DNA from: Pavona decussata
Taxonomy: Eukaryota
Assembly: GCA_977016875.1 (NCBI GenBank)
Contig: CDRNST010000025.1
Location: 372,001 to 436,000, forward strand
DNA length: 64,000 nucleotides
Direction: 5' to 3'
Both the position numbers and the translations under genes were made by a program. This document shows, piece after piece, positions 13,099 through 25,737 of this stretch; the first letter of the stretch is position 1, and every line of letters begins with the position of its first letter. The notes under the pieces were generated by a model. It did no database searches, was not told the origin of the DNA, and worked only from the letters and a program-made list of their open reading frames with translations.

Positions 13099-13585
13099 TC
13101 AGGAAGTTCAACTACTTGTAAATACTGTAGTCAAGTAAAATTGGTACCGAGTATGTATGTTTTTCATTTCCATTAACCATAGAGAGATAACTTTCAGAGA
13201 TGTTAGTTAATTAAATAGCTGATAGCCTTCTATGGAGTCGATCCTTAAACTGTCAGTTTATAAGAGGAAGGAGCGGCCATTTTGAACTGCTTGTTTTCCA
13301 TTTTCTTTGTCGATGTTCGCGAAATAAATAACCTATTTTGCAAGTCAACTCTAACAAATGGAAAGCATTACTTTAAATTTCACCAGTATTTCAGGACAGT
13401 TTCACCAGAAAGAAGTTCTGAATTCATTCTATAGGTCATAATCTAGCACACCAAATAAACCCCTGATTAAAACATTTATTTAAGTTTATTTTTCGTCCAG
13501 CGCGATTGGGGGCGAGTGGTGAGACGTTATAACGTTGATGCACTCCCACGACTTGCCATAATTGATATAGGCGAAACAGATATAA

Positions 13586-14124
13586 ATATTTGGTAATGCA
13601 GAGACATGCAAAAATTAACGATAAAAACCGACGTTTCGGTGTCTTCATGCATAACGCCATTGTCAAGGAGAAATAAAAAATTACAGAGTCTGCGGCAAGG
13701 TGAAACAATAAATTAGCATATGGTGTTTGAGGCTAATTAAATAAATACTTTTGCGCGAATAGAGTCGTTTTGGACGTTCAGAGTGGGTTTTAGGTCTCTG
13801 ATGAAAAGCATTTCGTTAACCAAACAATCGAACTTATTTCTACACTTTTTCAGAATGCTAAAACGCCTCAGTAGGTCTTTCGGGACTTCGCCATGCAAAA
13901 AGCATCTTCAGTGTATAAACACTACTACGAACAGCATGGCGAAGTCCCGAAAACCAACACGACTCTATTCGGGCAAAAGTATTTATTTAATCAGCCTCAA
14001 ACACTATATGCTAATTTATTGTTACACCTTGCCGCAGACTCTGTAAATTTTTTATTTCTCCTTGACAATGGCGTCATGAAGACACCGAAACGTCGGTTTT
14101 TATCGTTAATTTTTGCATGTCTCT
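13586..14124 (-). mobile_element. Penelope-like 3' fragment with inverted arm, paralog of 2107-2641
   Basis: Same GIY-YIG-like tail (..KKCRNKFDCLVNEMLFIRDLKPTLN..). TSD gaaacagatataa at 13573-13585 and 14125-14137. Confidence 0.85.
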
Positions 14125-15562
14125 GAAACAGATATAAGCAGAATTAATTTAAAAAAAATTAACTGAGAAGCATGTCCTATCTCGTCTCAGTATTTCTTGG
14201 AAAATAACAAAATACATTCAATTAATTTTGCTGCTTATATTTAACAATTTTCTCTACAGCTGTGATTAACATTTTAAATAAACAACAAAGCGACAGGCAA
14301 ATGAATGTTAAATATATAGAGAAATGTAAAAATAAATTCACTTATTAAATAAAATGTGGACGAAAATTTAACAGCTATGGTGTGTCCTTTGTTTTATATC
14401 TTGATGTACGTTAAGTTGTTTTATTTTGAATTGTTTAATTTTTCCTTTTCTATTTGAAACATACTGACTCGTTAATCTGATTTACTGAATTATGCCATAA
14501 AGGTTGTTCTCAGACCATTCTGTAATAATAAACAATTGTCAGCTTGACAAAAAGGAGAACAATTAAGTATTAATTTTTCTTTGTTGTTTTTGTTGTTGTT
14601 GTTGTTTTGTTTAGTTTTTTGTTTGTTTGTTTTTTTTGTTGTTGTTTGTTTTTTACCGCGGCCGAGTTCTGGATGCACACGGGAAGTTTGGGTGAACATC
14701 ACAGAAGCGTTTACTTAAGAGCTCCTTGAGACGATTGCCATGAACAGCTCGAGCGCTCTTCAAACTTTTCCTATCCTATACTATAAAGACGCGCGCCAAA
14801 CATGAACCAATTCTTAAAAAGACGATAATAAAACTGAGTGGAGTCCAGTTCGGTCTGTGATCGCATGCTTATTAAACTTAATCAGAAGTACGTGTAGCGA
14901 GAGTGCGACTAGTGTTATCACGGGTATAGGGATTAATGACCGAATTGCACGACGTAATTAGTACTGACCGTTCCCAATTAATTCCATCTACTACAAAATT
15001 CCAGTAAAAATAGGGGAATTTTTTTTTTAGGGGAATGAAAAGACATCACTTTTAGTTGCAAAATGGGCGAAAAAATAAAAACCCATTCATGTACAACTGC
15101 CCACATGAAAGCACAGCGTACTGTCCAATAACTTAGGAATGACAAGTTTTTATACAGATCTATTAATATTCAAATCATACCTTTCGAGAATTTCGATAAA
15201 GTTTTGTTAAAATCAGAGCAACATTTAAATTCCGGACTCAACCAAGTGGAGTGCTTAATGACCTGGTCTTTGGTTGGAATTTCATTCGAGTGAAGTTGGA
15301 CTGAGTTTCGTTTTATCCGTGTGAAATTGAATCGTTTAAGTTTAGTCATTCTCTTTTGAAATCATACTAGGCAAGAGGCAAATAATATGCGCTTTGAACA
15401 ATTCACTCAAAGAGTTTAGTGCACAAGTTAGAATTTACTTTGAACCGTAAAATGGTAGCGCTTCTGTCTTCAATAACAAAAACGAGGCCTCATAAGAATT
15501 CAGTTTTTTCCTGGTTCTTGTAAGATCTTAAGACCACCCCCAGACTCCACCCCACCGCCCCG

Positions 15563-15712
15563 NNNNNNNNNNNNNNNNNNNNNNNNNNNNNNNNNNNNNN
15601 NNNNNNNNNNNNNNNNNNNNNNNNNNNNNNNNNNNNNNNNNNNNNNNNNNNNNNNNNNNNNNNNNNNNNNNNNNNNNNNNNNNNNNNNNNNNNNNNNNNN
15701 NNNNNNNNNNNN
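15563..15712. other. Assembly gap (150 N)
   Basis: Run of N. Confidence 0.99.
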
Positions 15713-16404
15713 AGTACCACTAATTGAGATGAGTTGGCCCGTGAAAATCAAAGCAGAAGAGGAGACAACCAAGTACACACCACTTCGAGTGGAGCTGAAG
15801 GAACGATATCAGGGGTACCAAGTGACACAGCGCAACATCATAATTGATGTCTTGGGAGGCTATTCGAGGGAAGTGAAACAGACGCTCAAGAAGCTAGTTG
15901 CCGATAGAAGCAACTCAGTAGCATTCAAGATGCAGAAGTCTGTCTTAAGCAGCTCCCTCCGCATTGCAAAATCCGTCATTATCTTGAACTAGACAGCTAG
16001 TTACAAAGCGAACAGGCCATGTATCTTAAGATTTTTATTGCATGAATCCATTTTAACGCTTTATTGCGTAGGATCATTTTAAGAAAACATTTGAAGTTTG
16101 GATTTTCTGTTAGACGAATTTAAAGCATTTTAGTCCAAAAGTAATTTTAGGATTTTATAATTTGATTCATTTTTAGAGCTTCAGCTTATATGATTTTTCA
16201 AAGTGAACATTGGGATCTAGGGGTTTCATAAGAAGTCAGTGATTAGTTGTTACGGTTAAGTCTTCGCGAGGTTGGCTACGACTTGCCGTCCAACCATCGT
16301 TTGCGTAGCTTCTAGCTATCCAGAAGTTATTACTGCCTTTCACAATACATTAAAATTGATTATAAATTCATCCTAATTTTATCAAAATCAATAAATTAGA
16401 CGTT
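15713..16404 (+). mobile_element. 3' end of a non-LTR retrotransposon with restriction-like endonuclease (RLE clade), plus 3' UTR
   Basis: LIEMSWP..K..KYTPLRVELKERY..IIIDVLGGYS..MQKSVLSSSLRIAK resembles RLE C-termini. The whole block ~15507-16404 is absent at the paralogous site ~8585 (ttcagtttgatca). Confidence 0.7.
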
Positions 16405-16690
16405 GTTTGATCAAGTTTGCACTAAATATTTGACTTTTTTGTTTCAATTTGTTCATCATTTAAGCTGATCAGATCGACTGTTTAATTTAACGTACAATTT
16501 AACAGAATTCCAGTCGTTCACAGGTTTTTCCGCTGTTTTCAAATTAAGCTAAGTGATTATGCTTGTTCCTCATGTTAACGTCTCGTCACACAACAAATTT
16601 GGTGCTTCCAGAACAGGAGGCACCATATGAAAACACCTGCACTGTAGATATCCGCAGAAATGAACCGTTGGTTTCCCCTGATTCAAATTG

Positions 16691-17620
16691 TCAAGGCATC
16701 TGAATCTCATTCTGAGGCACTGGTCCGCGACAGAATATTATGCGTTTAAATCTTTCTTTAAAGCTCGAACTGCGAAAGGCGTAAAACATCGGATTAAGAC
16801 ATAAACTGCAATAAAAAGCTAACAGAAAGAAAACCGAAAGATTGGAATACAACTTATCGTTTATCTCTTCATCAACTCCTGACGCTAAAACTGTGTAAAA
16901 AACAGCAATTGGTCCATAACCAATAACAAATCCTGTACTTGCCAGGATGAATGTTATAACAAGTTTCTTTTTTTCAGAACTTCTGTCTTTGTTAGTGTTC
17001 GCAGCACAAACCGTGTGACAAAAGTACAATCCTTTGATCAACGATCCATAGCAATAAAGAAATACCATCGATGGAATATAGGCACTAATAATGCAGTATA
17101 TGATCCCAAAAACTTTGCTTTTCATACTCAAAGGCAAGTTCCATGGGCCAGTACATCTTGAAAGCGATTCACTCCATTCCTGAACAAAGAACTCTGGAAA
17201 AACCAGGAAAAAGCTTGAGATCCAAATGAGAGCTATTGCCCGCTTGATGTTCTCCTCTGTTAATCGTAAACCCGTTCTGAAAGGCTTTAGCAAAGCGTGA
17301 TATCTTTCTATCGCCAACAACGACAGAGTTAGTGCTGAGGTAGTTATTGCAATATCACTGAGAACTAAGAACTTGCAAGAGAATTTCCCAAATGCGCTGC
17401 TTGGATATCCAATGTGATACGAAAAGAAATACAACGGAGCCAACAAAATGGTGATGACATCGCTTACAGCCAAGTTTGCCAAAAGGTAATTTGTTGTCGA
17501 ATGCATGTCTCTTGTTTGGTGGACAATTCGGATGACCAATGTATTCCCAATGAATCCGATGATATAAACAGGAATAGTGGCCACGAAAAGTCGAAAGTTA
17601 AGGCTATCAGTATTAATCAT
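16691..17620 (-). CDS. Class A GPCR, B-type copy B2 (309 aa, intact)
   Basis: Intact ORF, colinear with and highly similar to B1. Confidence 0.92.
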   Translation of the reverse strand: MINTDSLNFRLFVATIPVYIIGFIGNTLVIRIVHQTRDMHSTTNYLLANLAVSDVITILLAPLYFFSYHIGYPSSAFGKFSCKFLVLSDIAITTSALTLSLLAIERYHALLKPFRTGLRLTEENIKRAIALIWISSFFLVFPEFFVQEWSESLSRCTGPWNLPLSMKSKVFGIIYCIISAYIPSMVFLYCYGSLIKGLYFCHTVCAANTNKDRSSEKKKLVITFILASTGFVIGYGPIAVFYTVLASGVDEEINDKLYSNLSVFFLLAFYCSLCLNPMFYAFRSSSFKERFKRIIFCRGPVPQNEIQMP

Positions 17621-18166
17621 GATGTTTCCAGGTTTATCTTAAGATGTCTTTCACTTCTCCTAGCTTGGATAAAAATAGCTCGGACTGATAGCCAACATCA
17701 TCCATTCACACAAATTGTTTACTGTGACGTCATGCATGGGTATTAATATGGTGACGAGTGAGATTAGGAATTATATTTTCATGTCACGCGTTTTGTCCAA
17801 ATTCTAATTATTTAGGCAAAGGAAAATTATTAGAATTTGCACAAGCGCAAGTGGAATCATTTCCTAATGTAACGAGTATACCATCTGATAACCTTTTAAA
17901 TTACGCCCCCAATCGTCAGTTTTTGACTTGTTTATTGTATCGAGCAATGTGCCATGGCGATGTTTTTTAGTTTACTAGTGAAATTATATATTACCGCTGA
18001 AATTTCGTGCCCTAACTAAAGAGTAATTTGTAACCCATGGTATTATGTATGAAACTACACAGTATGCCTTTTCGTTGACAACATGCTGCGTCAATTCATA
18101 ATTTAGTCTGCGCCTTCTAGCAAACACGTCACAAACTTGTCATAGATCACAAACTCTATCACTTAA

Positions 18167-19931
18167 GGGACCGTTCATTTTTTATGAGCATGGGGGGGCT
18201 GGTGGGATTTAGGGGGGGGGGGGGGCACGAGAAAAAAAAATGGCACTAAAGGGGGGGTCTACCAAAAAAAAATGAGTGAAAGAGGGGGGGGTCACCAGAA
18301 ATAATTGGCTAGTAGGGGAAATTGAAAGTGGCTCAACACAGAAACAGATGAAGAAATTGAATATTATTTCAATTTTATTTAATGCGATTTTCCTAACCAC
18401 TTTTAATTTGTTTTACATACTGAGGTCGAAATCTGCATTTTATATTAACAACAACTGAGGAAATGAAGCATATCTGTTGGAAAAGCAATAATGAATATAA
18501 ACTGAGGTAGACACCTATGTTTGTACAAGTTCAAATTAATATAAAAACGTATCAGTCTCACTATTGAATCATCCTTGGGGGAGTAGTTTTCTACAAAGTG
18601 GTTGTACTCTGAACTATATCAATAGATTGTTTAATGTTCTTTTTAATAGTACTCACTTTTATAAAGACTGTTGATTAGTAAATTATTTGAACCCAGGAGT
18701 ATCAGTAGACTCAGTAGTATGCCTAGTGTGAACATCCAGATTAGTTTTAATAATAGAACTGTTGTTGGTGACTTCAGTTGACGGTAAATCTGAGCCGTAA
18801 GCCATCTTCAGAAAAGCTTGTAACTGTCATTTTTAATAGCAGTACTTTAATATCCAGGCGCGTAGGAGGGGGGGTTCGAGGGGTTCGAACGAACCCCCTT
18901 TACAGATCAGTAATGGCGGAAGAGAAAGCACTTAATGAGGAGGTTGAACAATTACATGAGGTGTACCATGCGAGAGAGTAGAATGTCTGCCCTGGTTCTA
19001 ATGCATATCAAATATGATATGCCTGTCAATTTTGACGAGATAGTCAATTTGTTCGAAGGCCTACACCCGAGAATGATGCAGTTTACCAGCTTGGTGTATG
19101 ACTATCAGTAGATCGAATAGCTATCACAACTCGACAGGGCGCGGAATGTACATTGAACTTTCTTGTTTAAGTTGAAACAGTTATGCCGTAGGAATGATGT
19201 ATATAGCTCAAAAAGCTGCTGTAAAACAAATTTGTGATTTGCCTAAAATGGGTCTCAAAATGCAGGAAATGAGGTTTCTGGGAACCTAGATTTTCAAAAA
19301 TTTCCGGGGGAGCATGCCCCCGGACCCCCCTAGTAAGCAAGATTTGGGGCTCAACGAACACCCCTATCTAACCCTTACCTACGCGACTGATATCTGTGCG
19401 TCCGCTGTTTTTTTCTGTTTAATATGACTCGTAATCGTTGATTGGTATGCTTCGATCCGTATTTTGTTAGTCAGATCTGTACGTGTATTAATTGTTTCTA
19501 CTCGAAGGGGAGTAATTTCACGTTAACCATTTGCTTGATTAATTTTTATAGTTTCTTTGAGAATCTAAATGGAAATTTAGGGTTTGTCGTTGCCGTAAAC
19601 GTGTTGCTATCTATAAAACGTTTTTTTAAACAAGAGAAATCTTTACCTAAGTAGAGAACGGTTACTTGTTAATAGTACTGTAAAGAAATCACAGTAACAA
19701 TTACGTTTATCTTTGATATAAACAGTACATAAGCGTTTTGTTAAAGTTAGGAGTATGATTTGTTTCTGATTGGGCGGGAGGGGGGGGGGGTCATCAGAAA
19801 AAAATAGTTCTGCTAGGGGGGGGCCATGTGGAAAAAAATTGCATGCTAGGGGGGGGGGGTCATACAGTTTCGTAGTGGCAATTAACCAAATCCCACCAGC
19901 CCCCCCATGCTCATAAAAAATGAACGGTCCC
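18167..19931. mobile_element. Non-autonomous PIF/Harbinger-type DNA transposon (44-bp TIR, TAA TSD)
   Basis: TIR gggaccgttcattttttatgagcatgggggggctggtgggattt (18167-18210 / 19888-19931). TAA on both sides. Empty site cacttaagccacc at ~10352. Confidence 0.9.
18855..19389 (+). mobile_element. hAT deletion derivative nested in the Harbinger element; 5-bp TSD ATATC
   Basis: Termini caggcgcgtagg / cctacgcgactg. ATATC at 18850-18854 and 19390-19394. 18968-19111 encodes MRESRMSALVLMHIKYDMPVNFDEIVNLFEGLHPRMMQF.., which resembles the hAT C-terminal dimerisation region. Confidence 0.8.
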
Positions 19932-21716
19932 TAAGCCACCAGATAGATCAAACAATTGGCGGATCCACCTGCTTTTCCTGCGTAAGAGTTAAGAGATAAA
20001 CTACAAAAAGAATCAATAACACAATCTTTAATTAGTTTCTTCCCATTGTCGTCACTTATCGTCCACTCTTACGTTCTCAAATGCTCAGGAGCGCTCAGCG
20101 AGAACATTTCACCAAAATACTTAAAATGTTCTCTCCTGTGTTCTCACATTATTTGCTGCCCTTTTAAAGACATATTCGTGTAAGCTACTACAAATTAATC
20201 AGTTCGGTTGCTTTTGCAGAACGTTTTGGGAAAACGGAATTTTATTCCTCGAATTAACTAGCTGTTAAAGGTTTTACAAAATGTTCGCTGACTCTTTTTG
20301 CATTTTTAACGACATATTTACCCCTTCGAAAATGAAAGAAATTAGTTTGCCCGCAGTGTTATGAGATTTCTGAAGAAGAAATCTTTAGATTTTCTGTGCA
20401 ACTTAAATCCGATTTTCTAAGGCTAAAGGCCATTCCAACATATATCCACAGAAATCAACCCTTGGGTACCCCTGAGAGTTGGGACACTGAACGTAGCATT
20501 AATTAATTCACAAGTAGGATGAGTTTTCAGGTGTGTCGATCTGGCGATATGTTGAAAGAAGTCGACCGCTTTAATAACTTTCGCTTGTTCACGAACGGCG
20601 TATATGTTCGCCAAAATAAAAAATTGGTTTTTCGTTTTGCTCGGTTCCTTTAGCGAAATATCTTCTTTAAATAAGTGAAAACAATCACTTTTTCGTTTTC
20701 CGATTGTAAAAATTTATCACGTTTTCTTCATCTTGAATCACCTGGCAAATGACTAAGGCTGAGAGATGAATGTGGCAAGAATTTGTTGATCGATGTACGT
20801 TACAGGTTAATAGGCATAAGGTAATGCTATGTTAAGAATAACATGAGAGTAAAATACTGTTGCAGGTCTTTAAAAGCATTTTTTTGAGAATTTCGTGCGA
20901 AACAAAATGCAATGGCCAAGTGCCAGTTTAATAACATTAATTTTATGTTTATTTGCATCGATGCTGACTAAAATTACAAGTCCAACCTGCTGTCATTAAT
21001 GCATAATGGGTGAAAAAATAACCTGTTTTCTAACTGCTTAGTGTCATTTTATATTCTGTGAATTTTTTTCATTATTATTATTGTTCTTAATATTATCTTC
21101 CATTTATCTCTGTTTTATTTTCACAATGGTTTGAGAAATTGCACAAAAATGCTTGATTGAAATTGTGCTTTCTCAGTTAAATATGTTCAGTGAAGCTCAT
21201 TAACAACAGAACCGATTATTGCTCAAAATTATTTCCCACTTAATTTACTTCAATAACCTCCCGCTTTGTATAGGTAATTTTAAACATGGTGCGAAAACCT
21301 CCAATAGGTTGCTAAGAACTGATCATTTAATTTGCCGGACAAAAATAATTTTTGGTCTGTTTAGTCATAACTGCCTAAATTATGGATTATGGAACCAGGT
21401 GTTTTCTGGCCAAGCTTCAAATTTAGGCTGAGCCGAGAGCCCCAACAGCGTAGCAGGATCTGAGTCAGTACAGTCTGTGATTGGCCTTTCAACAAGGTCA
21501 TTGTTCGATTGGTCTGGTTATAACCAATTAGATTGGAGAGGATTTCGAAAGAGACTTCCGGTATTTTGTTTCCTTCTTTAGTGGTTCAGAACAAGGATTT
21601 TGGTGCTAATTTGCAGACGGTGTTTAACGGCCGTTGATTCCGTCTGTGACGCAGACTACACGCTTTCAGTCAGCATCAAACAATCAGGCGTGGAACTTGA
21701 AACAAATTTATCCGTT

Positions 21717-22604
21717 ATGATTGATACTAGTAGTGCGTGGTTCATCTTAACTTTGGCAGAAATTCCATTCTTCCTCGCGGGATTAATTGGAAATGTGCTA
21801 GTTATCCGAATTGTGCATAAAACACGAGACATGCATACGACGACGAATTACCTCTTGGCTAACCTAGCTTTTAGCGACGTTATCGCTATGTTGTTGGTGT
21901 GGCCGGTAATGTTGATACTAAGTTCTGGGTACGAAAAATTCAGTTGCAAATTTTCTGTCGTTTGTACTCTTCCTGTACTGGTTTCATCCTTTACTCTGAC
22001 GGTACTAGCCGTGGAAAGATATCATGCTTTGCTGAAGCCTTTCAGGACAGGATTACGGTTAAAAGAAGACAACATTAAAAAGGCGATCGCTGTTATTTGG
22101 ATATCAAGCGTCGCCATCTGTTTGCCCGGCTTCTTTTTAAGCGAATGGAGCGAAATATACTCTTACTGTATTTCAAACAAGGTGTATTTCATCATAATCC
22201 TTGTAGTTCTGGCTTATATCCCGATGATAGTATTTCTTTATTGCTATGGATCCTTGATCGAAGGACTGTACTTTTCTCACACGATATGTACTGAAAACAC
22301 TAATGAAGACAGAAATTCTGAGAAAAAAAAACTTGTTATTACATTCATCCTAGCGACCGCAGGATTTGTTATTGGTTATGGACCAACTTGCATTTTTTAC
22401 ACAGTTGCAATTTTAGGAGGTGAAAGGAAGACAGCTGGCTTTAAATTCTCTAATCAATTGGCTGTCGTTGAATCAATATTCTTTTGTAGTTTATGTCTTA
22501 ACCCTATTTTGTACGCCTTTCGCAGTACAAACTTCAGAGAAGGATTTAAACGCATAATATTCTGTCGAGAATCGCCGCCACAAATTGATATGGAAATGTC
22601 ATGA
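21717..22604 (+). CDS. Class A GPCR, A-type copy A4 (295 aa, intact)
   Basis: ATG at 21717 is equivalent to the paralogs' start (the ORF track begins at an upstream TTG). All 7TM motifs present. Confidence 0.9.
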   Translation: MIDTSSAWFILTLAEIPFFLAGLIGNVLVIRIVHKTRDMHTTTNYLLANLAFSDVIAMLLVWPVMLILSSGYEKFSCKFSVVCTLPVLVSSFTLTVLAVERYHALLKPFRTGLRLKEDNIKKAIAVIWISSVAICLPGFFLSEWSEIYSYCISNKVYFIIILVVLAYIPMIVFLYCYGSLIEGLYFSHTICTENTNEDRNSEKKKLVITFILATAGFVIGYGPTCIFYTVAILGGERKTAGFKFSNQLAVVESIFFCSLCLNPILYAFRSTNFREGFKRIIFCRESPPQIDMEMS

Positions 22605-24509
22605 TCAGGAAGTTCAACTACTTGTAAATACTACAGTCAAGTGCATAAGAACCGAGTTTGTATGTTTTTCTTTCCATTAACCATAGAGAGATGGGCAATA
22701 ACATTAAGATATGTTAGTTAATTAAATAGCTGATAGCCTTCTATGGAGTCGATCCTTATAAGGGATTCGTCAAAACCTGTCAGGCTCGATCCGCAGTTTG
22801 TAAGAGGAACGTGCAGCCATTTTCAACAACTTGTTTTCCTCTTTCTTTGTCGATATTCGGAAAAAAAAATAACCTATCTTGCTAGTCAACTCTAACAAAT
22901 GGAAATTTCACCAGTATTTCAGGACAGAAGTTCTGAATTCATTCTATAGGTCATAAACTAGCAGGCCAAAGAAACCTTTTCACAAAACATTTATTTAAGT
23001 TTATTTCTCGTCTGACGAGATTGGGGGCGGGTGGTTAGATGTCATAACGTTGATGCACTCCTACGACTTGGCATAATTGATATAGGCGAAACAGATATAC
23101 GAAGAATTACTTTAAAAAAAATTAACTAAAAAGCGCGCCCTTTCTCGTTTCAGTATTTCGTGGAAAATAATAAAAACATTCAATCAATTTTGCTGCTTAT
23201 ATCTAACAATTTTCTATACAGCTGTAATTAACATTTTATTTAAAAATAAAAAACAACAAAGCGACAAGCAAATGAATGTTAAATATATAGAGAAATGCAA
23301 AAGTAAATTCAGTTATTAAATAAAATGTCGACGAAACTTTAACAGCTATGGTGTGTGGTTTGTTTTACATCTTGTTGTACGTTAAGTGGCTTTTTGTTTC
23401 ATTTTCAATTGCTTATTTTTTCCTTTTCTATCTTAAACACACTTACTTTTTTATCTGTTTTACTGACTTATGCCATAAAGGTTGTTCACTTTTAGTTGCA
23501 AAATAAGCGAAAAAAAAAAAAAAACAGAAAAGAAAAACAGAATACACACCCATTCAGGTACAACTGTCCACGTGATAGCACGGCGTACTGTCCAGTAACT
23601 TAGGAATGGCAAGTTTTTACACAGTTCTATTAACACTCAAATCATACCTATCGAGAATTTCGATAATACTTCGTTAAAACCAGAGGGACATTTAAATTCC
23701 GGACTCAACCAAGAGGTGTGCTTAGTGACCTGGTCTTCGGTTGGAAGCGAGACAGTGGTGGCTGTTTTAATACAAGCCTCACTGCTTTTCATATGTCGAT
23801 CTGTTCTTATGCTAATTTGTTTGCATTTACATAGGAAAAGCAGCGAGGTTTGTATCAAAACAAAATCAACCCCGGTCTCGTTTCCAATCACAGGCCAGGT
23901 CACTGCACATAGCTGTCCAATATTATAAAGATGTTCTTGAATTCCCTAATCCCCTGAACGCAATATAACGATTTCAAAACGTTTCCTTTGAAAAGCTCCT
24001 GCACATATAATCCTCATCTAAAGTGTTTAATATAACTTTGACTGTTTATACATTAATTGGTGCAGCAAACAATCTCAACTTAAACAATCTCAACTTTCAG
24101 TCTTATAGAACGCTTGCACGTGACGTCACGCTTGGCAGTCCGCCATATTGGTTATCCACAATGTCCTCCGTTATCATCTGTCCTCTCACAAACTCGATCC
24201 TCGCGTCATAATGCGTTATTCTGAAAAGATCCTTTCCTAAATCCTACAGCGTCTTACTGCTAACTACTGTGTACCACCAGTAGATTCTATAGACTTGCTA
24301 TCATTTTCATTTGCTAGAAACGAGCTCCTACGGTAAATACCAACTCAAAACACTTAGAATTACATTTGTTGGCGAATAACCATATTAGGGGTCAATTAAA
24401 TAAAAAGTTTACATCTGTAGCTTACAAGGTGGACTGTTACTTTTAACTTACGCATACAGAACTAAAGTCAGTGAACTCAAGAGTTCAAAAACGAGTACGT
24501 TCAACACTT

Positions 24510-24902
24510 AGTAAACCCTTCTTCAAAATGGCGGCAGCAGATTTGAATGAGTTAAAATTGAACTGAATGAAAAACTGACACCAGCACTGGAAAACGCACC
24601 TTTACTTTAGTAACCTTGCAAAGTTTCAGCATATTAGGTGTTATATCAGCTTAGGAAATGTTAGATGAAATTTGACAATTAACAGACGTTTGTATGACTG
24701 GGGGTATACGTCATACCCCCAATTATACAAACGTCTGTAAATTTTTCATTTTTCAACTTACATTTTCTCAGCTGCTATTACACCTGATATGCTGAAATTT
24801 TGCAGGGTTACTAAAGCAAAAGTGCTCTTTCTTGTGCTGGTATACATTTTTAATTTTAACTTATTTGAATTTTCGGCCGCCATTTTGGAGAAGGGTCTAT
24901 TA
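24510..24902. mobile_element. Long-TIR palindromic MITE
   Basis: acccttcttcaaaatggcggc... and ...gccgccattttggagaagggt are inverted. Internal inverted matches continue (taaccttgcaaagtttcagcat / tgctgaaattttgcagggtta). Confidence 0.7.
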
Positions 24903-25737
24903 TCGTCAAAGAATTCTAGCACTGTTTCTCTGACATCTCGTACTGTTCACTGGAGCGTCAGTTTCCACGCAACTAAAACCAATACCTTATAATTTATTTG
25001 ACAGCATGCGTCAATTCATGCAGTGCCGACTCATGCAAAAGCTGTTGCCAGCACGTATACATTTGCGTTTGGCAAATTAAAAACGAACAAATTATAGAAT
25101 CCGGCACTAGTTTTAATTTCTAATCTTTTTTTGTTTAATTACAGATCAGTCCGGTCTTACAATTTAATGAAAGTCGTGTTTTCAAAGAGGCCTAATCTGC
25201 GCTTTATTGAGTTCCTGTCAGGCAACCGCGCCATAAAATTTCCATTGTAAATTTTGTTATTGTATTTTTTTTATTGGCTAAAGGTGCATCTTAACGAGGG
25301 AGGTTAGTTATTCTGAACTAAGAACAACTCGCATATCAGGAAATCATGATATAAATGTTGAACTGAAGTATTGTTCATCGAGTGAGGAGGAAAAACTTAC
25401 TTTCTCGTTGAGTCTTGTTAGTTGAAATATTAATGGCTTATTTATTTGCCCGTGTAAGCTGTCAGTAATGCAAATAAAACGTTCGCACAACGGACAACAT
25501 GCTGCTTTCGGGATTATTAAAGTTTTCTCGATAGAGCAAGACTCATAAGGTAATAGGCACATAATCTGCCTGACTAAAATAGCCGATGACGGTTGTCATG
25601 ACTACCGATAGTAAATTACCCAGTTGCCGCCAAATAAGGGGAAGCAGCGTTAGCAGCTGGAAATCTTTGGGCAATCCTGAAACTTAGCTTCTGTACATCA
25701 AAAGCTAAGGCCGGGAAGAAAAACAAATCCAGGGGTT

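Larger units (their letters stand above)
1..23745 (+). repeat. Tandem segmental duplication array of GPCR units (units start ~1, ~5277, ~11546, ~21152)
   Basis: The same non-coding landmark (ct(c/t)gattgaaat...aacatggtgcgaaaac...) recurs at 1, 5277, 11546 and 21152. Upstream and downstream flanks of the A-type GPCRs align colinearly between units. Unit 4 alignment ends ~23745. Confidence 0.92.

Noticed and set aside
15490-15778. ORFs spanning the N run
   Set aside because: Artefact of the assembly gap.
21600-21716. 39-aa N-terminal extension of GPCR A4 (also the GTG start at 56206)
   Set aside because: Non-ATG starts. For A4 the equivalent region is not kept in frame with the GPCR in the paralogs.
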